DNA of 32,000 bases from Promethearchaeota archaeon. GTDB taxonomy: Archaea; Asgardarchaeota; Lokiarchaeia; Sigyniarchaeales; Promethearchaeaceae. Below the pieces are notes generated by a model. That model saw only the letters and a program-made list of their open reading frames with translations, had not been told where the DNA came from and did not search any database. The translations under genes and the position numbers were made by a program. Shown piece after piece: positions 1 to 8,974 of this stretch. Each line of letters starts with the position of its first letter. Positions within the stretch are counted from its first letter, which is position 1. The DNA is taken from the NCBI GenBank assembly GCA_016933055.1, contig JAFGBS010000009.1, forward strand, positions 270,001-302,000. Reading direction: 5' to 3'.

Positions 1-391
1 TGTCATTAATGGCTAATTCAGGAGGGAAAAATCCAGAAGAAGTATCTTTACCAAAATAATGTAAGTTAGTTTCTCGATTTAACTGGATTTGACGTGCAAC
101 TTCTTTTTCGGGAATAATCGGTAATAAAGGATGGAATTTAGCAGTACCTATTATCTCAATGTTTCCTTTAAACGCTAATTTGCGGAATAATTGGAGGGTC
201 TCCTGATGATTCGATTGATCTAGTAACTCTAACAACACACCAGAGATATTAAATGTAGTTTTTATATGTGGATGGTTATCCAGCATCCGCAAGAGTGGGA
301 GATAACATGAATTATTAATACGATCCAGCACCTCACGATCTTGAGTGGGAGGTTGGTAGAGATGAAGTAAATTAGCCCAATATTTAATCAC
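1..391 (-). CDS. Glycoside hydrolase family 57 protein, N-terminal part (runs off window edge; not in ORF track)
   Basis: Manual translation from GTG at 391: VIKYWANLLHLYQPPTQDREVLDRINNSCYLPLL...GTAKFHPLLPII...SGFFPPELAIND. It has the GH57 HxYQP motif, the HP(L/I)LP motif and the catalytic-nucleophile motif FFPPELA. Confidence 0.88.
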   Translation of the reverse strand, partial: MIKYWANLLHLYQPPTQDREVLDRINNSCYLPLLRMLDNHPHIKTTFNISGVLLELLDQSNHQETLQLFRKLAFKGNIEIIGTAKFHPLLPIIPEKEVARQIQLNRETNLHYFGKDTSSGFFPPELAIND

Positions 392-534
392 TGAACATAC
401 ACCGAGAATTACACATTAAGTACTCATAATCTCACTAAATTCTCTCGATATATAATGATTTCTTTAGGTAAAAATTGCAAAAAATGGAAAAAGAGTTATA
501 TAAGTATATTTTTCATGGTTTAAAACAAATAATT

Positions 535-1875
535 TTAATCTAATTCGCTTAGTCCGAATGAAACATCCAAAATTTCTGAAAATAATTGGGGAGATATCGA
601 AAGGAAATATACAAACTTTTCTTGATCAAGATTGGACAACGATGTCTTATTTGATGCGTTATGTATGAGATTGGACGGTTGCATTAATCCAATTCGATCT
701 AAATTTTTAATTAATTTATGAAATTGGGACCTTTCAAAGACACAATCAATACTTTCACAAGCAATATTGTACATATACATTAATTCCCCATAAGAAATAT
801 AATATCGGTTCTGCGATTGGAAAAAGGAACATATATTATCTAATGCTAATCGATCTATAATTTCCGTGTCCGAAACGAATTCTGCTATGCTTATCTCATT
901 AATAGTGTATCCTTTAAGTTGGAATCGACACGCATCCTGGATCTGGCTTGTATCGGCAATGTATCCATTTGATTGGATGATTGGATATAATTCACGCAAA
1001 ACTTGAATGCATTTTTCTGGCACACAACAATCAAATTCACAGACCATGTCAGTGATATATCGAATTATATTGATTTCTATGGGGCTCTTGAATGCAAGTT
1101 CACAGCGATCGCTAATGATTCTCTCCAAGATTGAAGGTTTGTATGTAGAGAGTTGAATCTGGAAATCTGATTTATGAATTTCAGCAAGATATGGAGAACT
1201 TTTCAGCAGGTTAAAACTCGTCACTAAGGAACAAGATAGGGAAGCACATACACTTTTAAGTTTATTGATTAGAGTAGGTTGCATGTATTCCGTGGAGTCG
1301 AAAAAGAAGAAAAAAGTTGATTGCGGGGTTTTAGTTAGTGTTTTGGAAATTAAATGTGTTAATAAATTCATTTGGGTTACCATAGTTGCTTTCATTATGG
1401 GTCTTGGATCTATTTTATAGTCAAATGTGTTCGAGAGTGTATTAATTAGGAAAAACAAGATTTCTTCTGGTTTCTTTTTCTCACAATTCACGTAACAAGA
1501 TTGAATGGTTAAATTTGGTTCTTCTGCATTGTTTTTTAATCCATTTTGAGAAATCCCCAATTCTTGTATAACCTTTCTCGTAAGAGATGTTTTTCCTACT
1601 CCGTTTAGTCCATACAAAGACAAAATTAGTGGAAATTGATCATGGATAGAATCACTTAAAATGGATTTCAGAATATTGCGTTCTTTTTGTAACCCGATGA
1701 GATTAGGGGGTAAAAAATGAGGATCAAATAAAGCACGGGGCCCCATATATTCTAACCGGTAATGAGATTTTGACGACATATTGTATATTTCTGGAAACCT
1801 ATAAAAAGTGGTATAAAAATGATAGAATCTCAGTGGGCTTATGGTATACCGAATTTCCGAAAGTGAAATTTTCAA
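535..1875 (-). CDS. cdc6: Orc1/Cdc6-like AAA+ protein with C-terminal winged helix; degenerate Walker B. Likely true start is ATG at 1779.
   Basis: Walker A YGLNGVGKT; 'CYVNC' strand typical of Cdc6; 'QLSTYKPSILERIISDR' aligns with Cdc6 FxPYxxxELxxILxxR; wHTH-like C-terminus (ISYGELMYMY...FHKLIKNLDRIGLM). Confidence 0.75.
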   Translation of the reverse strand: MKISLSEIRYTISPLRFYHFYTTFYRFPEIYNMSSKSHYRLEYMGPRALFDPHFLPPNLIGLQKERNILKSILSDSIHDQFPLILSLYGLNGVGKTSLTRKVIQELGISQNGLKNNAEEPNLTIQSCYVNCEKKKPEEILFFLINTLSNTFDYKIDPRPIMKATMVTQMNLLTHLISKTLTKTPQSTFFFFFDSTEYMQPTLINKLKSVCASLSCSLVTSFNLLKSSPYLAEIHKSDFQIQLSTYKPSILERIISDRCELAFKSPIEINIIRYITDMVCEFDCCVPEKCIQVLRELYPIIQSNGYIADTSQIQDACRFQLKGYTINEISIAEFVSDTEIIDRLALDNICSFFQSQNRYYISYGELMYMYNIACESIDCVFERSQFHKLIKNLDRIGLMQPSNLIHNASNKTSLSNLDQEKFVYFLSISPQLFSEILDVSFGLSELD

Positions 1876-1963
1876 AAAGACAGACGAGTAGATGGAACAA
1901 GAATGTTAAAATTTGCCTTTTATTATAATAACCTTTTTGTATATACTTGGTATATAACATATA

Positions 1964-2215
1964 ATGAATCAAGGAAAAAAACTTATCACCCTTAAAATAG
2001 ATGAAGAAGATCTGAACAGATGGAATGCTTTTTGTAAAGAAAAAAATCTCAGTAGAACTGAACTTATTCGCCTTTCTGTTGGTGAATATATACAAGATAT
2101 CAAAAAGGATAAATTATTATTACATTACACACGAATTTTGACCACTAAAATAGAGCAAAACTTTGATGAAATAAAAGATATGTTACGGGAAAAGTTCACC
2201 CAAGAGGGTATATAA
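1964..2215 (+). CDS. Ribbon-helix-helix (CopG/MetJ-like) transcriptional regulator
   Basis: ITLKIDEEDLNRWNAFCKEKNLSRTELIRLSVGEYI matches the RHH strand-helix-helix pattern. Confidence 0.8.
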   Translation: MNQGKKLITLKIDEEDLNRWNAFCKEKNLSRTELIRLSVGEYIQDIKKDKLLLHYTRILTTKIEQNFDEIKDMLREKFTQEGI

Positions 2216-2303
2216 AGAGTATATACTAGCCTTTAAATCAAATCTAACTTTTTATGACTTAGACGTATTTATATGATACAGTAGGAAAAAAGGTAAAACA
2301 AAC

Positions 2304-3992
2304 ATGTCACAATTAGGTGGAGTACCGGTTATTATTTTAAAAGAAGGTACAGAATCAACTAAAGGTAAAGGAGCTCGAAGTAAGAATATTCAAGCCATTC
2401 AAGCAGTGGCTGAAGCCGTTAAAACCACTCTTGGCCCACGTGGAATGGATAAAATGCTTGTCGATAGTTTGGGTGATGTAACTATCACTAATGATGGAGC
2501 AACCATTCTTGATAAACTAGACGTGGACCATCCTGGTGCGAAAATGGCAGTAGAAATTGCCAAAAACCAAGATGATCAGGTTGGAGACGGAACAACTAGC
2601 GCTGTAATTGTAGCTGCTCAGCTCCTAATTGTAGCTGAAGAACTTATGGAACAAGGCGTTCATCCGAACACTATAGCAAATGGTTTTCGAAAAGCATTGA
2701 CCAAGACACTTGAAATAATTAATGAAATTGCCAAGGATACTGAGAACGACCCTAAAATTTTGAAGCAGTGCGCTATTACAACTATGAACTCTAAAGGGGT
2801 AGCAGGTCAAAAGGAATTCTTTGCTGACATAGCCGTAGATGTAATGCTTAAAGTCTATGAAGAAGGTAACACCTCTTATGAGTCAGTAAAGAACGTGGTA
2901 GTGCTCAAAAAAAAGGGAAAATCCCTAAAAGAAACTGAAGTAATTTCAGGAATTGTATTGGAAAAAGAGCCCGTACATCCTCTTATGCCTAAATTTATAA
3001 CCGGTGGTCTGAAAATAGCAACAATAGCTCATGCGTTTGAAATCAAAAAAACAGAATTTAGTTCCGAATTGCGAATAACCTCTGCAGATCAAATGCAGCA
3101 GTTTCTAGATAGAGAGGAAGAGGTTATGAAGAAATTTGCCGACAAACTGAAGGAAATGGGTGTTCAAGTTGTTATAAACCAAAAAGGTATAGAAGATACA
3201 GCCGCGCATTATCTCAACAAAGCTGGAATATTCGCAGTCAAATCAGTAACAAAATCGGATCTGGAGAAACTCGCACGCGCAACTGGTGCAAGTATAGTAG
3301 AAGATATTTTTACGATGGATGAAAGTGATCTTGGTTTTGCTGAAGAAATTGAATGCAAAAGTATTGCTGGTGATGATCTGATTTTCATCAGTGGATGCAA
3401 GGATCCAAAAACGCTCACAGTATTAATCCGGGGTGGAACTAACTCGGTTATTGAAGAAGCTGAACGCACTCTTCACGATGCTCTTTCGGTTATCGGGACT
3501 TTACTTGACAAAAAAAGATATGTCGGTGGGGGAGGGGCTGTGGAAATGGAAATCTCGGCGAGGTTATTGGACTTTTCTTCCCAAGAAAAAGGAAAAGAGC
3601 AACTGGCAATTGAATCCTTCGCCCGAAGCTTGGAATGTATTCCAATTACCTTAGCAGAAAATGCTGGTATTGAGCCCATAGATATAATTGCAAAGCTCCG
3701 TTCTAAACACGCTAAACCAGGCAATGATGGATGGGGTTTAGAGATCTATGAAGGGAAACCAAAGAATAATTACACTACTGGTGTAATTGAACCCGCTGCA
3801 AGTATCCAAACATTCATCAAATCTTCAACGGAGTTAGCAGTATTAATCTTACGAATTGATGAAATGATCAAGGCAAGGAAAACAGAAGGACCACCACCTG
3901 GTATGGGCGGAATGGGTGGAATGCCTCCTGGTATGGGTGGTATGGGCGGAATGGGTGGAATGCCCCCTGGTATGGGTGGAATGGATTACTAA
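2304..3992 (+). CDS. ths: Thermosome (group II chaperonin) subunit
   Basis: [34 protein letters not shown] and LAENAG motifs; alpha vs beta subunit not resolvable by eye. Confidence 0.97.
   Translation: MSQLGGVPVIILKEGTESTKGKGARSKNIQAIQAVAEAVKTTLGPRGMDKMLVDSLGDVTITNDGATILDKLDVDHPGAKMAVEIAKNQDDQVGDGTTSAVIVAAQLLIVAEELMEQGVHPNTIANGFRKALTKTLEIINEIAKDTENDPKILKQCAITTMNSKGVAGQKEFFADIAVDVMLKVYEEGNTSYESVKNVVVLKKKGKSLKETEVISGIVLEKEPVHPLMPKFITGGLKIATIAHAFEIKKTEFSSELRITSADQMQQFLDREEEVMKKFADKLKEMGVQVVINQKGIEDTAAHYLNKAGIFAVKSVTKSDLEKLARATGASIVEDIFTMDESDLGFAEEIECKSIAGDDLIFISGCKDPKTLTVLIRGGTNSVIEEAERTLHDALSVIGTLLDKKRYVGGGGAVEMEISARLLDFSSQEKGKEQLAIESFARSLECIPITLAENAGIEPIDIIAKLRSKHAKPGNDGWGLEIYEGKPKNNYTTGVIEPAASIQTFIKSSTELAVLILRIDEMIKARKTEGPPPGMGGMGGMPPGMGGMGGMGGMPPGMGGMDY
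3894..3983 (+). repeat. Coding low-complexity repeat ([10 protein letters not shown])n forming the chaperonin C-terminal tail
   Basis: Three cctggtatggg(c/t)gg... units seen directly in the DNA. Confidence 0.9.
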
Positions 3993-4013
3993 AACAATAT
4001 CAAATGCCTATTA

Positions 4014-4049
4014 ATTTCTATTTTTATTTTTTTCTATTTTTTATTTTTC
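4014..4049 (+). terminator. T-rich archaeal terminator after thermosome gene
   Basis: Several oligo-T runs (tttttatttttttctattttttattttt) about 20-55 nt after the stop codon. Confidence 0.6.
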
Positions 4050-4101
4050 CCGTTAGTCAATTTGAAGACCATAGTCCATCTTCCTAATTTTATTCTATAG
4101 A

Positions 4102-4157
4102 CTACGCTAAAAGCCTATTTCTAAGAACCCTACCACGAAATAGGTCTTTTAGCGTAG
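4102..4157. repeat. Imperfect inverted repeat, 20-bp stem with one bulged T and 15-nt loop
   Basis: ctacgctaaaagcctatttc (4102-4121) vs gaaataggTcttttagcgtag (4137-4157). Confidence 0.85.
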
Positions 4158-4364
4158 GAGCACCTAAAACCCAAAGGTATGCTATTGTATCAATTCGGAG
4201 CAATATTACGATAGTAGAACGTTAAAACGCCTACATTTTTTACCGATCGGGTGGTATATATGTTGATTAGTCAAAAAAAATATTCAAAATTTAACGAGAT
4301 ATACTCATTTTTTATTACTGCGTTAACACAAGCGCATTTTTATCAATTATTCACACTTTAGAAT

Positions 4365-5246
4365 ATGGAGGATTTATGGAATGAGGTCACTGAAAAGGAC
4401 TTTTTCGAATCATGCTTAAAAAATTTCAGTTCACCAGAGCAAATTTTCTATATAACTGATAGTGGAGAATATTTAGCCTATTGGCCAAAAAATTATAGTG
4501 GGGAAAAAAAAACACTTCAAAGCAGAAATTCATTAATAGGAAGTTATACAGAGAAATTTACGGCAGATATTTTCAAATCATTGCTAAGAACCAATAAATT
4601 ATTTGTGATCCAAGGTGCAATTTGTGAACAAATTGGACTTACTTCTAAATCTCCAGCTGACGTTGCAATTTGCACAGTTAATAAAAAAATCTTAGAACCA
4701 GATGAAATTAAATTACTTATTGAAGTAAAAATGTCAATTGTGTGGAATTGGCAGTATTTTCCACAAAAACTATCAGATAATCTAATATGCATTGGGGATT
4801 ATATGAGTCATCAAGGGAATCCCGGTCTGTTAAGATCTGATAGTATGTTAAAAGCAATTGGAAAAAGCATTAATATAAGAGTAAGTGGGAATTCAGCTTC
4901 CAAAATCCCTATTCTAGTTTTAGGAAATACACCGATTGCTAATTCATATTACGATAAGGTAGATCATTTATGCAAATCAGGCGTAATTCAAGGTTTTTAC
5001 TCTTTAAACCCAACTCCAATCATTGATGATAATAGAAATATAAAATCAACTAAAGAGTTGGGATTTATTAGGATCGATTCAATCGATGAACTAAATGGAT
5101 TAATCGAAAATCTGCTGAATAAAGATAATGAATATTTTTCCAGCATGATAAATAAACAAGAGCTAGGCAGAATTATTGAATTAGCAAATAAAAAACCAAC
5201 TTACGAAGAAAAGGTTGAGGAATTTTTAAAACTAATCAGAAAATAA
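4365..5246 (+). CDS. Type II restriction endonuclease, PD-(D/E)xK fold
   Basis: SPADVAI...LLIEVKMS catalytic motif; immediately upstream of a DNA methyltransferase. Confidence 0.8.
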   Translation: MEDLWNEVTEKDFFESCLKNFSSPEQIFYITDSGEYLAYWPKNYSGEKKTLQSRNSLIGSYTEKFTADIFKSLLRTNKLFVIQGAICEQIGLTSKSPADVAICTVNKKILEPDEIKLLIEVKMSIVWNWQYFPQKLSDNLICIGDYMSHQGNPGLLRSDSMLKAIGKSINIRVSGNSASKIPILVLGNTPIANSYYDKVDHLCKSGVIQGFYSLNPTPIIDDNRNIKSTKELGFIRIDSIDELNGLIENLLNKDNEYFSSMINKQELGRIIELANKKPTYEEKVEEFLKLIRK

Positions 5247-5261
5247 AAATGTGAAATATTC

Positions 5262-6185
5262 ATGGCGGATGAAACTCAAAAAGAAACGAAAAGCTCTAAA
5301 ACCAGCGCATTTGGGGTATCAAAGAGAGAAAATCACGACTCATCTCAATTCTATGACTCAAATCTCTATAAAAGCTTAAAAAAACTCAAAAAAATCAAAT
5401 ATGTGGACAATTCTAAAATAATTCCTGATAATGTGCTAGATCATATTCATCTACATGATAGCCGAGATATGAGTTTAATTCCAGATGAATCTGTACATCT
5501 CATGATTACATCTCCACCGTATAACGTGACAAAAGAATATGATGAAGATTTAACATTAAATGAATATTTAGAACTGTTGAGCAAGGTTTTCAAAGAAACT
5601 TGGAGAGTGTTGGTTCCGGGGGGTCGCGTCGCTATCAACATCGCCAATGTCGGAAGAAAGCCCTATATCCCCCTACATGCTTATGTTGTTAATATTATGG
5701 ATGATATTGGATTTCATATGCGTGGTGAGTTGATCTGGGATAAAGGATCATCAGCGGGAGTATCCACAGCTTGGGGTTCCTTTGCTTCTGCTAGTGATCC
5801 ATGTTTAAGAGATGTGCATGAATACATCCTCATTTTCTCTAAAATTACAAATAAATTAGAGAAATTGGATAGGCAATCGACAATTGAAAAACCAGATTTT
5901 GTGGAGTGGTCTAAATCGATTTGGCGGTTTTCTGCTGTTAGTGCGAAAAAAGTAGGTCATCCAGCTCCATTTCCTGAAGAGCTACCATCCAGATTAATTC
6001 AATTCTATAGTTATAAAGGAGATGTTATACTAGATCCTTTCATTGGTAGCGGAACAACTGCAATAGCAGCATATAATTTGAATAGACATTATATTGGTTT
6101 TGACATTGCATCAGAATATGTAGATCTAGCGAAAATAAAACTTAAAGAGATTAAATCCAAGAAGAAAATAATTGATTTCATGTAA
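5262..6185 (+). CDS. Site-specific DNA amino-methyltransferase, beta class (N4-cytosine more likely than N6-adenine)
   Basis: Motif IV TSPPYN precedes motif I DPFIGSGTT (beta order); HPAPFPEELP motif; SPPY is typical of m4C enzymes. Confidence 0.92.
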   Translation: MADETQKETKSSKTSAFGVSKRENHDSSQFYDSNLYKSLKKLKKIKYVDNSKIIPDNVLDHIHLHDSRDMSLIPDESVHLMITSPPYNVTKEYDEDLTLNEYLELLSKVFKETWRVLVPGGRVAINIANVGRKPYIPLHAYVVNIMDDIGFHMRGELIWDKGSSAGVSTAWGSFASASDPCLRDVHEYILIFSKITNKLEKLDRQSTIEKPDFVEWSKSIWRFSAVSAKKVGHPAPFPEELPSRLIQFYSYKGDVILDPFIGSGTTAIAAYNLNRHYIGFDIASEYVDLAKIKLKEIKSKKKIIDFM

Positions 6186-6224
6186 AACCCCTTCTCTCTT
6201 CTTTTAAGAAAAATTAAGAAGATT

Positions 6225-6258
6225 AAGTGAAAAAGGCTTCCATAATTTTCACTTTTTT
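6225..6258 (+). terminator. Hairpin plus T-run after the R-M pair
   Basis: aagtgaaaa (6225-6233) / ttttcactt (6246-6254) followed by tttt. Confidence 0.45.
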
Positions 6259-6384
6259 AATTTTTGTTTGGTGTTCGCACAACCAAAGTTGGTTAGTAGT
6301 AAGTTTGGGGCATTCACCAAAATAGCTATGGGTTCATCTCCCAATAAAAACTATTAACCTACAGCACACTAGAAACTTAAATGC

Positions 6385-7923
6385 TTGATCTCGATCCACA
6401 ACTTGATTAGGGTGAAAATTCTACTTGATACGAATATCATTATAAAAAATGCAGAAGGAACACAATTCACTGATGAAATTCAGCAACTTTTAGACCTAAT
6501 AGTTACATTAGGGCACGAAATTTATACTCATCAAGCTACAAAAATTGATTTTGAACGTGACTTAGATGAGAAACATAAAGAAAAGATGCTTAAGACTCTT
6601 GGATCCCATCAAATTCTAGATATTCAGCTAGATTATCGAAAAGACGATTCTTTCAAACAGATTGTAGGAAAACCAAAAGTTGGCAGTAATAACGACGTTG
6701 ATAATAAATTATTATATTCTCTTTTTTCACAAAATGTTGATTTTCTGATTACAGATGATCTTGGGATTCATCGAAAGTCTGAGGAGCTAAAAATTGCTGA
6801 TTGTGTTCTCACTTCATTAGGAGCTCTTCATTTCTTTAATGTTCTTAAGAAAGGAGTAAAATATTATGTACCAAGTATTCAACATGTTCTATGTGCTTCA
6901 CTTAACTTATCTGATCCAATATTTGATAAATTGAAGAAGGATTATTTGGTGGAAAAATTTTCAATTTGGTGGAAAAAAATTGACGAGGAAGGAAGGAAAG
7001 CATTTGTATATCGTAAAAATGATGGATTCATTGGAGCTTTATTGATCTTAAAGAGAGAAAATGAATCAAACATGGAATTTACTCCATCTCTCCCAAAAAA
7101 AAGACGAGTTAAAATTTGCTCATTGATTGTATCTTCAACTGGAATGAAGATTGGTGAATTGTTAATTAAAATTGCTGTGGATCATGCAATTAAATATAAT
7201 ATCAAAGAAATCTATCTTACTCATTTTATTGATGAAATTGATTATCTTATTGACCTTATCAATAAATACGGCTTTAAAGAATGGGGAGTAAAGGTAGATG
7301 GGGAGAAACTATACCTTAAGTCTTTGCATAAAAAAGATATTTCTAGAAAAAACCTTACTCCTGAGTTACGAGCTCGAATCGCATCAAAATTTTATCCTTT
7401 CATCTATGATGGAAATTTAGCGAATAAGTTCATTGTTCCAATAAAACCACAATTTCATTCAGTTTTGTTCAAAGACTACTCTGGTCAGAAGACTATAGAT
7501 GAATTTTTTGGGGGAATTGACGTCCCAGGTAATACGATCAAAAAAGCTTATCTCTGTCTTTCTAATATCAAGAAAATAAAGAAAGGAGATATTCTTCTGT
7601 TCTATCTCTCAGGAGAAAAGAAATTAACCGCTTTGGGTGTTGTCGATGAAATCTATGTTAATCAACAAGATTCGAATGAGATTATTCGTAGAGTTAGTAA
7701 TCGAACGGTTTATTCTCAATCAGAAATCGAGGAAATGGCGAAAAAGAACGTGCTGGTAATAATATTTATTCATAAGTTCTACGCAAAGCCGACAAATCTC
7801 CCAGATTTGATAAAATGGGGAGTAATTAAAAGAGCACCACAATCAATAGGAGAAATCTCACACGATAGTTATATAAGACTGAAAGAGAATAAAGTAATCA
7901 ATGCAGATTTTACTCTCAATTAA
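6385..7923 (+). CDS. PIN-GNAT-EVE/PUA-like multidomain protein (start may be GTG at 6412)
   Basis: PIN: ILLDTNII...DNKLL...FLITDD. GNAT: VKICSLIV..GMKIGELLI...IYLT...KYGF. EVE/PUA-like: FIVPIKPQFH...KKAYLC...KGDILLFY...ALGVVD. Confidence 0.8.
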   Translation: MISIHNLIRVKILLDTNIIIKNAEGTQFTDEIQQLLDLIVTLGHEIYTHQATKIDFERDLDEKHKEKMLKTLGSHQILDIQLDYRKDDSFKQIVGKPKVGSNNDVDNKLLYSLFSQNVDFLITDDLGIHRKSEELKIADCVLTSLGALHFFNVLKKGVKYYVPSIQHVLCASLNLSDPIFDKLKKDYLVEKFSIWWKKIDEEGRKAFVYRKNDGFIGALLILKRENESNMEFTPSLPKKRRVKICSLIVSSTGMKIGELLIKIAVDHAIKYNIKEIYLTHFIDEIDYLIDLINKYGFKEWGVKVDGEKLYLKSLHKKDISRKNLTPELRARIASKFYPFIYDGNLANKFIVPIKPQFHSVLFKDYSGQKTIDEFFGGIDVPGNTIKKAYLCLSNIKKIKKGDILLFYLSGEKKLTALGVVDEIYVNQQDSNEIIRRVSNRTVYSQSEIEEMAKKNVLVIIFIHKFYAKPTNLPDLIKWGVIKRAPQSIGEISHDSYIRLKENKVINADFTLN

Positions 7924-8341
7924 GCCCAAGTATGTTCAATCTATATTCAATAAAACCAAACTATTTGAGTTCAGGAGAGTAATCCCAAAGCAACGATCCG
8001 TTGATAAAGTTATTATTTATTCCTCAAACCCAAAGAAGCGAATCGTGGGATATTTTATCATTGAAAAGATCATCAGTGAATCTCCTGAAGAAATTTGGGA
8101 CAAGTGTAAATTGCACGCAGGTATCGATAAAAAGGAATTCTTTAAGTATTTTCAAGGAAAAACTACAGCCCACGCTATCCAGATCAAGAAAGTAACTAAA
8201 TTTAGGAAGGAGATTGACCCAAAAGACGTAGATCCTCAATTTCGACCCCCTCAATCTTTCAGTTATGTTCAACCTGGTCAAGAATTATATCAAATTGCTG
8301 AAGAGTCTGCCCCACCTTCCGGATTAGATGCATATTTTTGA
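7901..8341 (+). CDS. ASCH domain protein
   Basis: ILLSIKPKY...KLFEFRR...IIYSSNP..RIVG...PPQSFSY signature; overlaps the upstream gene by 23 nt (translational coupling). Confidence 0.88.
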   Translation: MQILLSIKPKYVQSIFNKTKLFEFRRVIPKQRSVDKVIIYSSNPKKRIVGYFIIEKIISESPEEIWDKCKLHAGIDKKEFFKYFQGKTTAHAIQIKKVTKFRKEIDPKDVDPQFRPPQSFSYVQPGQELYQIAEESAPPSGLDAYF

Positions 8342-8470
8342 TGCAAAACAAACATTCATAAATAAATATCTATCTTTCAAATATAAATATCGATTTAGAT
8401 ATATAAGAGAAGAGGAGCGAACTCATAGAATATTTTATGAATTGTTGGTGCGCTTTATATCCAAATGTGA

Positions 8471-8878
8471 AAAATAAGGATATTAGAATTTCAGATTTGG
8501 AGCGAATTAAATACATGCATTTGTAAGAATCCGGATTATATTGATCCCAATGCGAATCAGATCAACCCCGAAAACCTTACCGTCTTAATTTCTGGACCGT
8601 TTTCTATCTACCATCAGCTTAAGGATATTGCCACGAAATACCGCGATAGTCTCAATCCGAAGAGTAAAGCAGCAAAAGAAGAAAAGAAAGAAAAAGAAGA
8701 AGAAGACTCCCAACAAGATCTAAAAAAATCAGAAATTTATCTCCAGAAGTTGTGGAGCTACCTTCAAATCGTTATAAATGATGGGAAGATCTATTACAGT
8801 CCTTATCCTGTTTATTATGAGAGCAATAAGCCCAAGACACAACACCTAATTGCCCAGGAAACACAAAATAGTTTTTAA
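8471..8878 (+). pseudogene. Startless 135-codon open frame, probable gene remnant (not in ORF track)
   Basis: Open from 8471 (after ATG TGA at 8465-8470) to TAA 8876-8878: KIRILEFQIWSELNTCICKNPDY...EEKKEKEEEDSQQDLKKSEIYLQKLWSYLQIVINDGKIYYSPYP...; coding-like composition but no ATG/GTG/TTG near its 5' end. Confidence 0.45.
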
Positions 8879-8974
8879 AAGCAGTCAAATGCAAAGATCG
8901 GTCTATTTTATCATTCTATTCCTAGAGCACTCCTCCAGGCACATTATTCTGTAATCAGTACGAAAGTAACCAAA

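Noticed and set aside
392-1963. Replication origin beside the cdc6-like gene
   Set aside because: There is no array of ORB elements with G-strings, only one weak half-site; kept only as a low-interest finding.
8465-8470. ATG-TGA as a second Sec readthrough site
   Set aside because: There is no redox motif context and no AUGA/GA hairpin downstream of 8878.
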